A DNA stretch of 63,398 bases, filler included, from Intoshia linei (lineage: Eukaryota > Animalia > Orthonectida), in NCBI GenBank assembly GCA_001642005.1. It is 4 parts of 4 records of this genome, joined end to end, with 100 filler letters (N's around TTAATTAATTAA, not from the genome) between each part and the next. Parts side by side here need not be neighbours in the genome. Positions count along the whole stretch, not along the records: positions 7,170 to 32,929 come from LWCA01000490.1; 3 more parts are not named here. One strand, 5' to 3'. A program made the position numbers and the translations under genes. Of the stretch, positions 12,101 to 26,082 are shown in pieces. Position 1 is the first letter of the stretch. The number at the start of each line of letters is the position of its first letter. Under the pieces are notes generated by a model, which made no database searches, had not been told where the DNA came from, and saw only the letters and a list, made by a program, of their open reading frames with translations.

Positions 12101-15100
12101 CGAATTACCTTTTTTTCTAAATATTTTAATAAACCGACATTCTAATAGTCTCATATATGTTATCATGTGCCGTGTTCGTCTTTTCTGGAAACCATATTCT
12201 AAACTACAATAGTTTGTAGAACGCGTAAAAAACGTTATATAGTAGAAATTATAAAACGTCATGTACACAAAAAACTGAATTATTCATCGTCAAAAATTGT
12301 CATTCCAAAATATTTACTCTATAATATTTTCATTTTGTTTCATTTTTAATTTTTGTACGTCGTCAGAATTTAATCGTTTTAATATAGCCGCCTTTTGTTG
12401 TTTAATTTCGCCATGTATATTAATATTTCTCCTTCGAGAATGAGCACTATGAACATATCGGTGTGGTTTATTGATATCGTTTTGATTTACACTATTTTTT
12501 GGTTATCAATAAGGTTTGCTTATAATAAAAAATTATTTACCTTTTCCCTTTATTTTCATCTGCCGAAAAAGCATCCTATTTAATAAATTTTAATGAATAG
12601 AATTAAATTGAAAAATATAAAAAAATTCCAAAATAAATTTTATCTTTAGTAGAACAAAGATAATTTAAAAAATAATTTAACTAAATTAATGTATTAAAAG
12701 AGTAGGAAGAGGAGAGAACAGGGTGTGCAATAAATGAAACAAGTTGACTATCTAAAGTATAAAAGATAATACACTAAATTATAAACAGTACATATCCCAT
12801 ATCTTTAACGTTGCCGTGTAAAAAGTCGGAAAGTGTTGAATCGCTACCCCAGGTATAAAAAATGTATATTATTTTTAAATTTAGAAAATTTTAAAATTTA
12901 AAATTAATTTTTAATTACCAATTAAGTTATTTTCTTAATAGTCACTTTAATAATTTTTGTATAATATAATAATAAATATAAAATTACAATTTCTGTGTGT
13001 TTGTTTAATTTAGGTAGTATTCTCGGTGAATTCGACTAATATTAAGATCAATGTAGTTTAGTACATAAGAGTCTAATTCAGTGGCTCAACGTAAGCTGTA
13101 TCATAACTTATAGAGCTAAAAGGTGACAAAGAAGTCAGTGAAAAAATATGAAGATTCAAACAATCTTTAGCTGATGATATACTGCCAAGCTCGTCAGTAA
13201 CACTGACCAACACTCATCAAGTTAAATAAAGTATTAATTAATTTAGTTTTAGTCATGGTCAGTCGAAAATGTTTACACAAAAAGGCTACAATTTCAAAAA
13301 TTTTGTGAATCTTGATTTAACTGATTTCATTTTTATAAAGCATCTTTATAAAACATAATAATTGCCTTAAAACGTTGAGAACACCCCAATTAAACTCATA
13401 TGAAAATTTTCAATCAATAAACATAAACATAAATTACAAAAACAGATTCTTCCTGTTTAGCCTTATTCATAAATGCTTGTTTTCTAGCATCCACATAAAC
13501 TTCATATGGATTATTGAGATTAATATCTCGAGGTTTTTCTAAATATATGAGTAATATGTATACAACGAGTCGATGATGCATCTCATCTCGAATATAAAAA
13601 AAACTAACTAACTAACTAATAATAATAACTATATATAACTAACTACTAAAAAATCATGGAAGAAACATCTAATTCAAACAACAAATATATTCAGCGCGCT
13701 GCAGATGGGAAAGATAAAAAATTATTTGTTAACGCGATCTGATTCTTAGAGTTTTCTAATAATAAAAAACCCGAGTTTTTGCATATTAATACAATGTGAC
13801 ACATTTTCTAAAATGTGGTCCGTTTTCAATAATTCGTTCATATTGTTTTTAGGCTTTTTTATAGGGTTAACTATATCCTACACTCATATAAAATTGAATG
13901 TCTGCATGTGTGTTACTGTTTATGTAAAAAATGAACAATCGTAGAATTTAAAAAAGTTCAATTTCTAATACAATTTTTCCCAGATCGTGTTTATATCTAT
14001 TTTTCAGTTTCCAAAGTTGAGTCCTTATGGTCAAAAATGTTGTAAATTTCAGAGTAAGAAACGTAGACCTTCATGTTCAAATCTCAAATTACCTTTTGTT
14101 ATAAAAATAAAAAATGTCCTAAAATTTTATGAAACATAAATTCTGGGATATTTTAAAAACCATAAGCATTATCATAAATGGCAACCTCAAAAAAGTGCAT
14201 TTCCCGATCAAAACCACAGATTACCTATTTTAAAAAATGAAAATAGTACTATAATTTAAAAAAAATACAGTTTTACAATTAAATATATATAATATATTAA
14301 AATAAAATTTTAATGCCCCATATTTTTGTTTATAAAAATATTTATAAAATTAAAATGTATTATAAATGTCTCAGGCGCACCTATTCAGAATCACTGACGT
14401 AGGGTATAGAAAATAACATAAATAGAAAAAAATAAACAAAAATTACTTGCTACAGTCAATGTTTCATCCAGTTCTTTCTTATCCTAAATTCAAAACATAA
14501 ACGTTATATAAAATTTTTCAATTAATATTATTTATATATAATAATTTACATATACTAATGTATAATGGGTTAAGATCCTGGAGCAAGATTTTTATGGTTT
14601 ATATTTATTCAAAACTTAAACACCACTTGCGAGATTCATTTTCACTCTACAAATAACCCATTATTTCAAATCATGGTCAGTAATACCAACGTTTGCCATT
14701 TGTAACTATTGTGACACGTGGGTCGGTTTTAGTTTTCAATTTTGATATTATACTGACTTTATAAAATTTATTTAACCTATAAAAGAAATGTGATTTTCAA
14801 CAGCCTAATCCTGGCATATTGCATGTAATACTAACTGAATTAATACCAATGTTAACCAAAAATACTTTCTTAAAAACTAAAAAACGATAACCACTGAATC
14901 TAACAATAAAAGATAACCTAGCCAAATTTTTATATCACTCAAAAACTAAAAAAATATGTATTTTAAAAATTATAATTTACACTTTTTGAAGAAGATACTG
15001 AAATTGAATCATATAAATTACACCAAGCAGCTTCTCGGGCTTTTTGAATTCGAGAAATCTAAATTGATGTAAAATATAAATGAAAAATGTCTAAAAATGT

Positions 15101-18100
15101 ATATGGACAAGACGACGAGTCAACTACATTAAGAGACCTTCATACCTACCACGTTTCCAAACAGATTTATTTGACAAATTTGATGATATTAAAAAAATAA
15201 AAAATGAATTGACTATGAAATTAACAAGACAGCTAAAACGACCTTCAAGATGTACAGGGCTCCCATATTGTTTTATTCATTCTAGTTTTATACTTGTTTT
15301 ATGACTACTCGAGTGATAATTTAAATGTATTATTATATATATAAATTGTATATTGCCTGAGAATGTCAGTTCCAGTCAAAATAAATTTTGAAGAAAAAAA
15401 TTTTTCAAAAATATTAACACCCAAAATATTATATGATAAACATAATAATATTACTTTTTGTTTTTCAAACAATTTTCTTTTGCTATTGACATAATCCTCC
15501 TAAAAGTAATATTGTAATTACAATTCGCATCAAATTCAGTTTGATAAATAAGTCTTCTATTGACACGATGATTTTTTCATAAACAAAACCATATTACCAT
15601 ACTTTTTATGATTTTTTATAATTTTAGAGTATTATTTATACCAAACTGAAATGTGAAAATTATACCTTATACTGAAGATCACGTGATTTAATAACAGATT
15701 TATTAGAGAAATTTTTCTAAATTATTAAATTATGTAAATTAAAATTTTTAATTTTGATAATTATAATTAAGAAATTTACTTTAAAAATTGAATACACTTC
15801 CTTGTGTTTATTGCTAAATACAAAATTGAAAAGTAAAATTTAACAACAATTAATTACAATTTATCATTAGCAGCAAATTGTTTCATTTGTGGTGATTTTG
15901 GAGGTGAATAAGATAATGGTTGTTTGAATTTATATTTTACATTTTGTTTTAGTTTCTATAATTATTTTTAATTATTTAGAATTAAAAAAAAATGTCTAAA
16001 CAGTACAGTGTATTGCATATATTATATTATATGCTCGTTCAAAGTGGGGTCACGAATCGCATGCGCCTAGGAACAAATTTTTATCGTCCGCCCAATATAC
16101 AAATCCAAAAAAATATTTTCTTTTAAAAATAATTTTGATAAATTATATCCACTTGGGCCGCAGAAAATAATAATAAAAACAATAGAACAACGTGACATTT
16201 ATCAAGAATCAAGAGTCATAAATCACCAGAAAAAAATTTTATTACAAGTTCAGAAACTATAGAAGAACTAAATCTCACATTTTTGTAATGAACACATCCA
16301 TGTTAAAGTTAAACTATGTTATGGTCCGCGAAATTAATATCGTTGAGAAATCCTAGTTAAGACTTTAGGTCTACTTTATGCCATGTCGCATAGTCTCAAT
16401 AAAATTGACAATGTGATAAAAAATATTTTTAATGTTAATGAATATTTTTATTTAAATTTCTTACAAAATGTTTTGCAAATGAAAATTTGAAATTTAAAAA
16501 TTGTGTAGCAATGAAAAAAATTCCGAAGGAATGAATTATATAGATTTTCGCCTATATTTCTTTATTGGAAATGTGTAGACGTTTAGTACACATTTTTTTG
16601 AAATTGTAGGATCAATATTTACATTTTCAATTTTTATTTTAATCGAATAATTTGAAAAATATTGTTTAATAATACATTAAAAATTATTTTTCACCCGAAT
16701 GCGTAGATTTCTGGGGTTTGAAATTTTGAATTTATATCAACTGGAATAAGCTCTATCAGACTGATTTTTTTTTTTAATTTTCGACCGTTAATTATTTCAC
16801 ATTTTTTGTTTTAATAAAATATGTCGCAAAAAAAATATATGACTTTTTTGACCGTGAAGTCGTTACTTAATCAGATTAATATTTTTTGTGTGTGTTAACA
16901 GGATACAACTGAACCACCTGTAAATTTTTGTAAATTCTAGGGCTGTTTTCATAAAAAAAGGTCATTTGGGGTTTTGGCTTTGAAGATATAATTTTTTTAA
17001 ATTTAAATTTATGATGTTTATTATTTTAAAATCCGTATCAGCGTATATATTTTTTTAAATTCTCCAACTCGTTTGATTTTAAAAAAAGGGAATCTTGGGG
17101 TTTTTGACCAGTAAGATGTGAGTTTTGGAGATTGAAATTTATTTTGCTACCACTCCCGGAAAAAATTGTAATTGTAATGTAGACTTTATAAAATTCTAAG
17201 ACTGGTAGTTATTGAAATAAAGTAGAACACACACATAAACAAATATTGCGTAGCATATTATATATAAGTAAGGATTGATATTATAAATAGATATAATGAA
17301 ATTAAAATTTTACTATGGGTGGTTTCGTTATTTTAACCATTTTGTTATTTTTATCGATATTGGATATGATTGGTAGTTTCAATAATAATCCACTGGTAGG
17401 CCTTTCTCTAATATAAACAAATTAGTGATTAATTTTAAATTATATATAGTTTTGTAAACATGTTTATAGTAGTATCCTTTATAATAATATTAACAAAATG
17501 GTGGTTCAGGTGTTATAGATTTTAAACAAATCCACATTAATCAATAGTTAATTAATCATTTTTAAAATTAATATATGTTGCAGGGTTGATAATGTACACG
17601 GTACAGTGTACAATGTACATTGAACAGTCTAATGCAGGGGTTCCCAAACTAATTTTGCCTACTGCCCCCTTTTTAGCAATATATTTTCTCAACGCCCCCC
17701 TGAAAAATTTTTTAACTACGTCGTATATACATTTGTATATTTAAAAATTTATTATTATTCAATATTTAATCATTAAAAAATTGTGTTAAATAAAAAAAAT
17801 ATATTTATTACGGTCACTTTTTATATCAATGCATCCCAAACATGCTATAAAAATATCCCCTTACAACCAGAAAATTCATCAACGCTCCACTCTATCCATC
17901 TAAAATCGTTTTTTGGGTATATAGTGTTTTATAATCGCCCCTAACTGAATTAATCGCCCACTTTGGGAACCTCTGAGGTAATGCATGAAATACAACTCGT
18001 ACATTAGGGTGACCCTATCGTACATGTGTATTGTCACATAATCACTATTGTACCAAGACTACATTACACTACACTACACTACATAACATGATTTCTAAAG

Positions 18101-21100
18101 TCAGAAACCCTGATGACCAGCCAGTGCACAAGTGATTAATCTTAAGTAAACGCGTTCACGTTTTAGATAAATGTACCTGGGATTTCGCTTTAAAAGTTTT
18201 CCAACTAGTGATCTATAAATATATATAAATAAAATGTATTAATCAACACACGTACCTTAATTGAATAGTATATCGTGATGATATCTGAGGGGTATAATAT
18301 CCTCTAAATTATTATAATTATCATAATAATTATTATGCATACAAAATACCTTGTTATTTGCATCATCAACGAACTTATATCGTGACCATTAAACTAAATG
18401 TACGATTTTACATTTAATTATGTTAACTTAATAAAACCAATTATGTTAACTAATAATGTAGGTCAGCCGTATCAAAAAACGGCCCGTTTCAAATTTAATT
18501 GGAACCCGCCGCACCTTGGTATATGTATACAATATACTAAATATATGATATAATATTTATATTATTAAATATTAAAAATTAAATAGTTTATCATTACCAG
18601 ACCTAAACTAGATCAGTGATATCATACCACTAATTATATCAAATAAAGATGTAAAAAAAAAATTAAATTTTATATCATTATGTACAGCTTAATTTTATTA
18701 AAAATTTAAGATAGTTTCATTCAATAAAGGTAAAGGGTAAGAACATTTTATCTAATGCGCAAAAACTGAAATACTCCTCAAAAAAATAATATTATAATTT
18801 TTGATATAATTGACCAATGTAAAATATCCCTTCATTGGTAATAAAATTAATTTTGTACTCATATTTCATAAGTAATAATTTGTTCAAAATTGACATATGT
18901 ACCGCCTTATTTTTGTTTGTATGCAAATAATTTAAATTTATCAGTTGATTTTTTTTGCATGCCGGCAAACAATAGTAAATTTATGATTGTACTTTTTTGC
19001 ATGTATACGTGTTATTGTCTCATAAGGTTAAATAGTGATAATTAATAATTAATTCTAATCTTGTATTAATACAGTGTTTCCCAACCCATTTTGCGTTATC
19101 GCCCATTTTTTAGAATTTTATTAAATATATTGTTTTTATCGCCCAGTAAAAATAAAATTTTAAAAAAATATAAAACCAAATTTTAAATAATCGGTAGAAT
19201 ATTTAGTAACATATTGTTTGAAAGCAGGCATAACTAAATTTTATTAAAATATAAAAGGCAACATACTTACTACACAGATAATTGGTGTTAGATAACTTAT
19301 ATTGTCAAACTCTTAATAAATTAATTATCGTTCAATTTAATTCAATTTTTTTTATTGGATAAAACTGAAATAAATGAAAAATATTTATTTTTGCATCGTC
19401 CAGTAAAAAAGTCAAATCGCCCACTAGTTGGCGATATTGCCCAGGTTGGAAAACTGTATTAATACATGCAATCCATATTAAATTAAAATTCTAGTTTTAT
19501 CATTCGAACATTATTTTTAAAAAATCAATTTACTTCATTTATTTATTAAAATTATATTAGTTGATGGTATATTGAATTTAGAACGTCCATTATTATCTGG
19601 TTGACATCACTTTTAAAAACAATACAAACACATTGTTTATTACAGAATTATCTTGATTCCTATTATAATGGTTTTCAAAGATGATTCTACAAAAATTTTA
19701 TGATGCGGCCCGCCAGGTATTTGCGTTTGCCATGGCAGATAACAATGTATATTATACATAATATATATCGCGCTCTATTATCTCAATTCTTACTCATATA
19801 AAATAAAAATTTCCAACAATGTGTCTCTGTAATTATTTATTAAGATAACTGAAAATCCCATTAATATCAAAAAAAATTAATGGTTAGATTTTAAGATAAA
19901 AAATTTCCACCTTCACGGCCCAAACGACAAATTAGACTTTTTAAAAATAAAATGAATAGTTGTGTAACCCCAGGGTCATCTAAAATAAGTAAAAATGGTA
20001 ATATCTAAAAAACTGTGTGATTAAACAAATCACAACATACTGATCAGCGTATTGAAGCTTTACTATGTAAAATAGTCGTATTTTGGATCCAACAAATAAA
20101 AAAAATTGTGATTTGTGTACCAGTGTAATTAATATTTAAAAATGTAAAACTTACAGCATGTTTGAGGGAACACATTTCAAATAAAACGCATCCCATTGAC
20201 CATATATCACTAAAAATTGAAATTATAACATAAAAATTACATAATTACATTATCATGCGTGAAGTTATAATTAAAATGAAATATGTTATAAAAATGTATT
20301 AATTAACATTTTATTAATATTGATTATTTATATACAATTTATATTATACATTGAGTAACTACTTTATTTAAACAAATTTATAATTGATATCGGAGTATTT
20401 CTCAGTAATACTTGCTAAGTATTAGCATTAGTATTACCAAAATGTGTAAATAGTGTAAATATTAACTTGTAATAACAATAAAATTACCTTTTGTTATTAT
20501 AAGGTTTATTTTGACATATTTCAGGGGATAAATAATATGGTGTTCCTATACATGTTCTCGCAAAATCATTTGTACCATTTAATAACTTTGCTATACCAAA
20601 ATCACCCAATTTCATTGTGTCATCGGATCCCATCAAGAAAATGTTCTATATATTTAAGATAAATAACTAATTATAAATATTATGTAAATACTTTTAATTT
20701 TAATATACAACATTATAATTATAATCTTGACTTCTATATGACTTATAAAGTAAAAGTTCTGAAAATATGTGTCTGTCAGTTTATGAAACCATTTATATGG
20801 AAATCAGTCCCAAAAATATAAAAAATAAAAATTATGTGTCAGTTTTTTCGGCGGAGAAGGTAAGATGAATTTGTGCAACTCAATCATCAATTATATAGTT
20901 TCTCTCTACAAGTACCATTCTGTAATGCGCTATTATTTTTGACCGTCACGGTAGAATAAGACTGGGAAACTCCGCTAAATTACAAAAATTTCATCGTTCT
21001 TTATCATAGGGTAGTTTATCGGATTGCCGTATGTTCGGAACTTCCAGCCCTATAAAACTGAGAGCAAAGGCCAGAATTTTTTTTAAATATCACTTTACAG

Positions 21101-24100
21101 CTATATTTTTTAAAACTGAATCAAGTTTCAAAAATAACGATAGATTTATGTAAAATCTTTTATTTAAATAAAATAATGTCTGTGTATATATGTTTATCTG
21201 TATGTCTGTTACCATTTATTTAGAGTTATTATTATTGCAACATATAATTTAATAGTTACAGCGTCTAATTTCACCAGCGTCTATACTTATAATGTTAGCG
21301 TCTAAATTAATAGACTTAGCATTTATTTTATTTAAACAACGATATTTTTTATAAAACTAACTTTTATTGTAAATAAATTTAAAATAACTAAAAAAATTTA
21401 TATTGTTATTTTTAATTTTGTGAATTAACTGTTAATTTATCACTGCCTAAGCAAAGGTTGATTACTTTGAGCTGGTCGTCCCCTCTTTCTTTTGACATTC
21501 AATGGGAGAGCTTTCGACTCTCGAGGTACAATACACCCATCAATTCTTAATTGTATTGCTATACCGATATAATGTTTACACATGTAATTTTTACCCCAAA
21601 AAAGACACGTACACTTTGAAAACTTCCAATTTTCACGATCCAGCAATATTTTCCAAACAGAATTTAAACATTTTCTCATATTGAAAAAATTATGTTAATT
21701 ATAATTATAGAAGCGGGATTAATTAGACGTTGTAACTATTAAATTAAATTTTGCAATAATAATAACTCCAAAATTTACTTAAAAATGCTAATACATAAAA
21801 AAACGGCCGTTTTTTTATGTTGATTGCTTTATTATGTTTCATCATGTCATTATTATTTATGTTGCTTATGAGAAATGTTGATTTGTGGTGATCCACAGAA
21901 ATTTATAAATTTATTCAAACGTTTCGAATATTAAGTTAGACGGTACAATAATTATATTACACGCTTAAGCATTAAATTAGACGACCAAAGTACTTTTTAA
22001 ATAATGTTAAATTAATTAAATTATGCGTTATAAATATTAAATTAGACGCTGAAACTATTAAATTAGTCGGAGCATTAATCAGTATCCATTTATTTACATT
22101 TGTTAAAAAATTAACAATGCTCAAATTCAAAAAAACCAAATTTCTAATACCATTTTTTAAAGAGTGATGCAGTATTGCAAATTTCATTTTCGAAATGTAG
22201 TCCTTCAGGGTAAAAAACCTAATTTATCCTTTTTTTAAAAATAAAATCAGCCTAAAAATTTAAAAAAACAAATTCTTAGATGTGCTTCAAATTTATTAAC
22301 ATTGTCGTTAACCTCAATAATAAAAACATATATTTTCATCGTCAAACCGAACATTACGTGTACAAACGTGTACGTACCGAATACTCGAAAGTTTCATTTC
22401 AAAATACTAATTTTTTTTTTTGATATTGTAAATGGTAGTCCCATTTGTATTACTATTAGGGACTTCACTAAGAAGGTGTAAATATTTTTCTTTTTCCTGA
22501 TATATATTTACAGTATGACATTACATTTATAAGTTATATTTACAATTTTAATGTTTTTGTAAAATCCTGGAAAATTGTGCCAACTGAGTTAATATCTATT
22601 ATATCAGTTTCAAAATTAATTTTCCTATCGTTTACTTTAATTTAAAAGGACCCCAGGTACCGATTCGTGACCAGATTGTTGGGAAACGGAAATAAGTGAT
22701 ATATTTGAGTAAAAAAATTTTTCATGAATATAAAACAAACATTGAACGCGCTTTATTAAAAAATACAAACGTTTTTAATTTTTTTCCACAAACAAAGCAA
22801 AAATTTCAGTTTATGTAAAAAAATTAAGAAAAATATGAAAATAAACTTAAATTTAGCTATTTTTTGTAAATTACTTAATTGATCAACGCATATTCGTTAA
22901 TTAGCCATTTTCAAAATTAGTCATCAGATTGTCATTTTTTTAAATCTCACTTAATCTATCAGGTATTTTTATGAATTTCTTAAAAAAATATATGATGTAA
23001 CACCAGATGACATCAATACTATTTTTTGCACTCAGACACGAACTTAAACACAGCAATAGTGAATCTATATCCATACGAAATATTCCATATTTGAGTGCAC
23101 TACTCTTTATTAACGCACTACGACAGAATGCAGTCTAGACGTTTTTACGTTATACTTATGCATAAATGAAATGAGACTATTCGAATACAAATACTACATG
23201 TATACCTGAGTTTTAATATCTCTGTGTAGTATTCTTCTTTCGTGTATATACTTGATAGCCTTGCATAATTGGTAAAACCACGATAATACCTAAAAAATTG
23301 AATATATTTATGATGCATATAAAAATTGAACATACTATTCATATTACATACATATTATCATATCCTTACTTATATAATATGCAATATTAAATGTATCTGT
23401 AGCCGATTATTCAAAATTAAAAGCATCTTAGAATTTTAAAATACATATATTGTATTAAAATTTTTTTCTAAATCATGATTTGTAGTAAATTTTAATCTCA
23501 GATATTTGCATCTTCACGATCAAAACCACAAGTTACAATTTTATTACTCAATATTTTAAAAGCCATTAAATTATTATTAAACTTTTATAATAATTCATGT
23601 TTCATGGTTCTTGTTGTTATTATTTAATTATTATATAATAAATGTTACCCGATTCTCAGAAAACAAAATTCCATTCTGTTTTGATATTTTTCGATGTAAA
23701 TCACCTAAAATAAAAAATTTTCACTTAAATACATGAAAAAGACCTCCATCACAATACTCCATTATAATATTGAGAGTTTGCTTTTCTAAATGTGTTTTAT
23801 TAATGTGTAAACATGAATGGAACAATACAAATTCAAAATTATACCAACCTTCAATAGAATCAAAACACTGAATAACATGTTCATGTTGTAGAGTAGATAA
23901 CAACAAAACTTCTCGTCTAGCGCTATCCCTTTCTTTAGCAGTCATCTAAAATTACATTATCAATATTTTTTTGAAACTAATCAGAGTACCTTGTGCATTG
24001 GAATTTCTTTAACAACCAACTTTTCTTTAGTCTTACTATTGATCACTAATATGGCTTTACCAAATGTGCCTTTACCGATAACTTCAATTTTAACAAATTT

Positions 24101-24106
24101 TTCCAT
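6157..24106 (-). CDS. NEK1: NIMA-related kinase, NEK1/NEK5-like (about 25 or more exons, long C-terminal tail)
   Basis: ATG at 24106: [21 protein letters not shown]...VVKEI. Later exons give [31 protein letters not shown]|[11 protein letters not shown] (23206-23289), [40 protein letters not shown] (20488-20646), [18 protein letters not shown] (~20155-20210), [13 protein letters not shown] and LLKRNPR|ERPTS. Many coding-like tail exons continue to a putative last exon at 6157-6231. Tail exon joins and the subfamily call are less certain than the kinase domain. Confidence 0.85.
6430..7069 (-). mobile_element. Helitron-like family copy (internal part, cut by gap)
   Basis: Collinear high similarity with 16530-17274 and 55890-56980. 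Confidence 0.75.
7170..7241 (+). mobile_element. Mariner right terminus next to a scaffold gap
   Basis: AAAAACGACATTACTATATGAAACGACCTAA-TA is nearly identical to the TIR at ~345-376. Confidence 0.7.
9408..9566. repeat. Foldback/MITE with 29-bp inverted repeats
   Basis: CTTAAATCCAACCATTTTTACTAAAAATC ... GATTTTTAGTAAAAATGGTTGGATTTAAG; a related half-copy is at ~48950-49110. Confidence 0.75.
10224..10494 (+). mobile_element. Short complete non-autonomous Helitron-like element
   Basis: A|TCCTTACTTATATAAT... 5' end, 3' hairpin and CTAG|T end; insertion between A and T without a TSD. It is an internally deleted version of the longer copies. Confidence 0.8.
16530..17274 (-). mobile_element. Helitron-like family copy (5' half)
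   Basis: Ends in the reverse complement of TCCTTACTTATATAT at 17274; collinear with the other copies. Confidence 0.8.
17636..17975. mobile_element. hAT-type MITE
   Basis: TIRs CAGGGGTTCCCAAA / TTTGGGAACCTCTG. Confidence 0.7.
19072..19456. mobile_element. hAT-type MITE with perfect TSD
   Basis: TIRs CAGTGTTTCCCAACC / GGTTGGAAAACTG; perfect 8-bp TSD TATTAATA on both sides. Confidence 0.85.
21222..21769 (-). mobile_element. Internally deleted MULE/Mutator element retaining the SWIM zinc finger
   Basis: ORF 21440-21679 contains CTC...YMCKH (SWIM CxCxnCxH) and a KRKRGRP tail. It is flanked by ~70-bp imperfect TIRs (GAGTTATTATTATTGCAA...TAATAGTTAC.GCGTCTAATT and the inverse). Confidence 0.8.
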
Positions 24107-25605
24107 ATATTTTAATTTATTTTGATATATTTTTCAAATTATATAATTTATGTTTTTGTTTTTATATCCATCATTTTAATTTCTACCTAACAATTATTCG
24201 TTTCCAAAACTAACTTATTTGCTATATTTATTCATGCGTGATATTTTTTTCAATTTTTTGTAATTTTTATACAAGCAAAGTTTGTATACTGTATAAATTA
24301 CAGTAACTGACTTTAATTTAATTCATTGATTCATGTTTTCTATTTTTTCTTTTGCTTTAAAAATTTTAGAATTTAAGATTCTTAAGTAATTGTTATACTA
24401 AATTTTTAAATTAAATTCTAAATTGTTAATTTATCTACTACTACATCTATTGTAAATGTACGAAATGATTTTAAAAGTTGAAATCTTAGTAAGAAACAAA
24501 ACGCATTAAAAAATAACTCCAAATTTTGCATAAATACTGCAGTTAGTGTAAATTTTTGGTTAATGCGTGCTGCACATATTGGATCAAAAGCTGATTAGTC
24601 CGAAACAAGGAACATTCTAATATATTAAAGATTAAGATTCATTTTACCATAAAAAATATTACTTTACACCCGTTTTTATGGGTTATTGATTCCAGATTCC
24701 AGAACATCCAAAATGTTTTGGTTCCCTCATAGCCCGTAACGTAGCGTGAAAGGATGATGTGGTTACTATTTTTAAATAATGAGCAGTGTCTTACGTAATG
24801 TAAAGTATATTATATAAGCGTTTGTCAACATTTGGATCATGCGAGTCGCGACTTTGCAACCTTGAATAATGCGAAAACCTATTTTTTACAATTCAATAAA
24901 ACCTACTTCAGTTTAAGACTTATTTATTATTAGAATTATTTATTATTTATTATTGTTAACTTGTAAAGAAAGATAATATTCGATCCAATTACCTCACAAA
25001 ACCATTCAATGGAGTAAATATTTTAACTGTATTGCTCCAAAATCATGTCATTTAATATTATGTAAAACTTGAAAAAATTTCCTTCTCTATATTCGTTATA
25101 TACCCTTATAGCAAGTAACCATATTCTCTATGAAACTTCATAGTACACGGGGATGGTAGGTAATACATATTATGTATATAAAAATTCATATTTTATTTAT
25201 ATCAGTAAAAAACTATAACATAGTGTTAATCGACGCTAAATTCGATATTTTCCAAAAATGACACTAAAATGTGCTACATATCATCAGACAGTAACGACGG
25301 AAATTTGATGAAATATTGTCTGTCTCAAATTTATTTTTATTTGGCGCCATCAAAAAAAGTCAAAATATAGAAAATACACTACATGAATATTGACTTAAAC
25401 ATACAGGAATGTCGTAAGAACATGTAGGAGGGTCGAAAATGTAAAATCAATAATATATAGAAGTGTAGGCAATCAAATCAAAATTTAAGACTTAAACTGT
25501 ATGTTTAGTGTGGATTTTTACATTATTTCTTAATATTCCCGAAAATTGTACAAAAATTTTTTCACAGTCTACTGGGTAGATTAGACTCTACTCTAGAGTT
25601 TAGAG

Positions 25606-26082
25606 CAGGGGTGCACAACATTTTTACCAGTTTAGCCACAATGCTACTTTTCTCATTGATACTATGGCCGCACAAAATTTACTTCGACATTGAGAAAGTT
25701 TACTCTGGACTCCAGAGTAAACTTTAAACCAGAGTCTGGACCTAAATTTTAGGTCTAATAAAATAGTTTTCTTGAAATTTTAAAAACAGCAAGTTTTAAT
25801 TGATAAGTTTCATTTAAAATTAATCTATCTTAATTTACTCCTATAAAGTAACACTATATTTGTCATTTATCTGAATCGGAATAAATAGCATTAGTAGGAT
25901 TACTGCAGTGATTCTCATGGGAATGACTAGTCACCCCAAGAGGTGAATACGAAAATTTAGATGATTGTAGACGAATCTACAATTTTTAACATATTTCATT
26001 TAATCATCCAATTTAATATAATCTTATGAGAAAAAACAGATGATCAGATGTATTGTCCACGGCCGCACGTTGTGCACCCCTA
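25606..26082. mobile_element. hAT-type MITE
   Basis: TIRs CAGGGGTGCACAAC / GTTGTGCACCCCT; subterminal GGCCGCAC motifs. Confidence 0.75.

Noticed and set aside
13010-13290. CTGATGA at 13171 as a hammerhead ribozyme core
   Set aside because: No stem II or appropriately placed GAAA; probably an old TE fragment.
18058-18090. (ACACT)n microsatellite
   Set aside because: Short, ordinary simple repeat.
24730-24770. U3 snoRNA-like GCGTGAA/GATGA boxes
   Set aside because: No recognisable 5' domain, box A or terminal box D stem.
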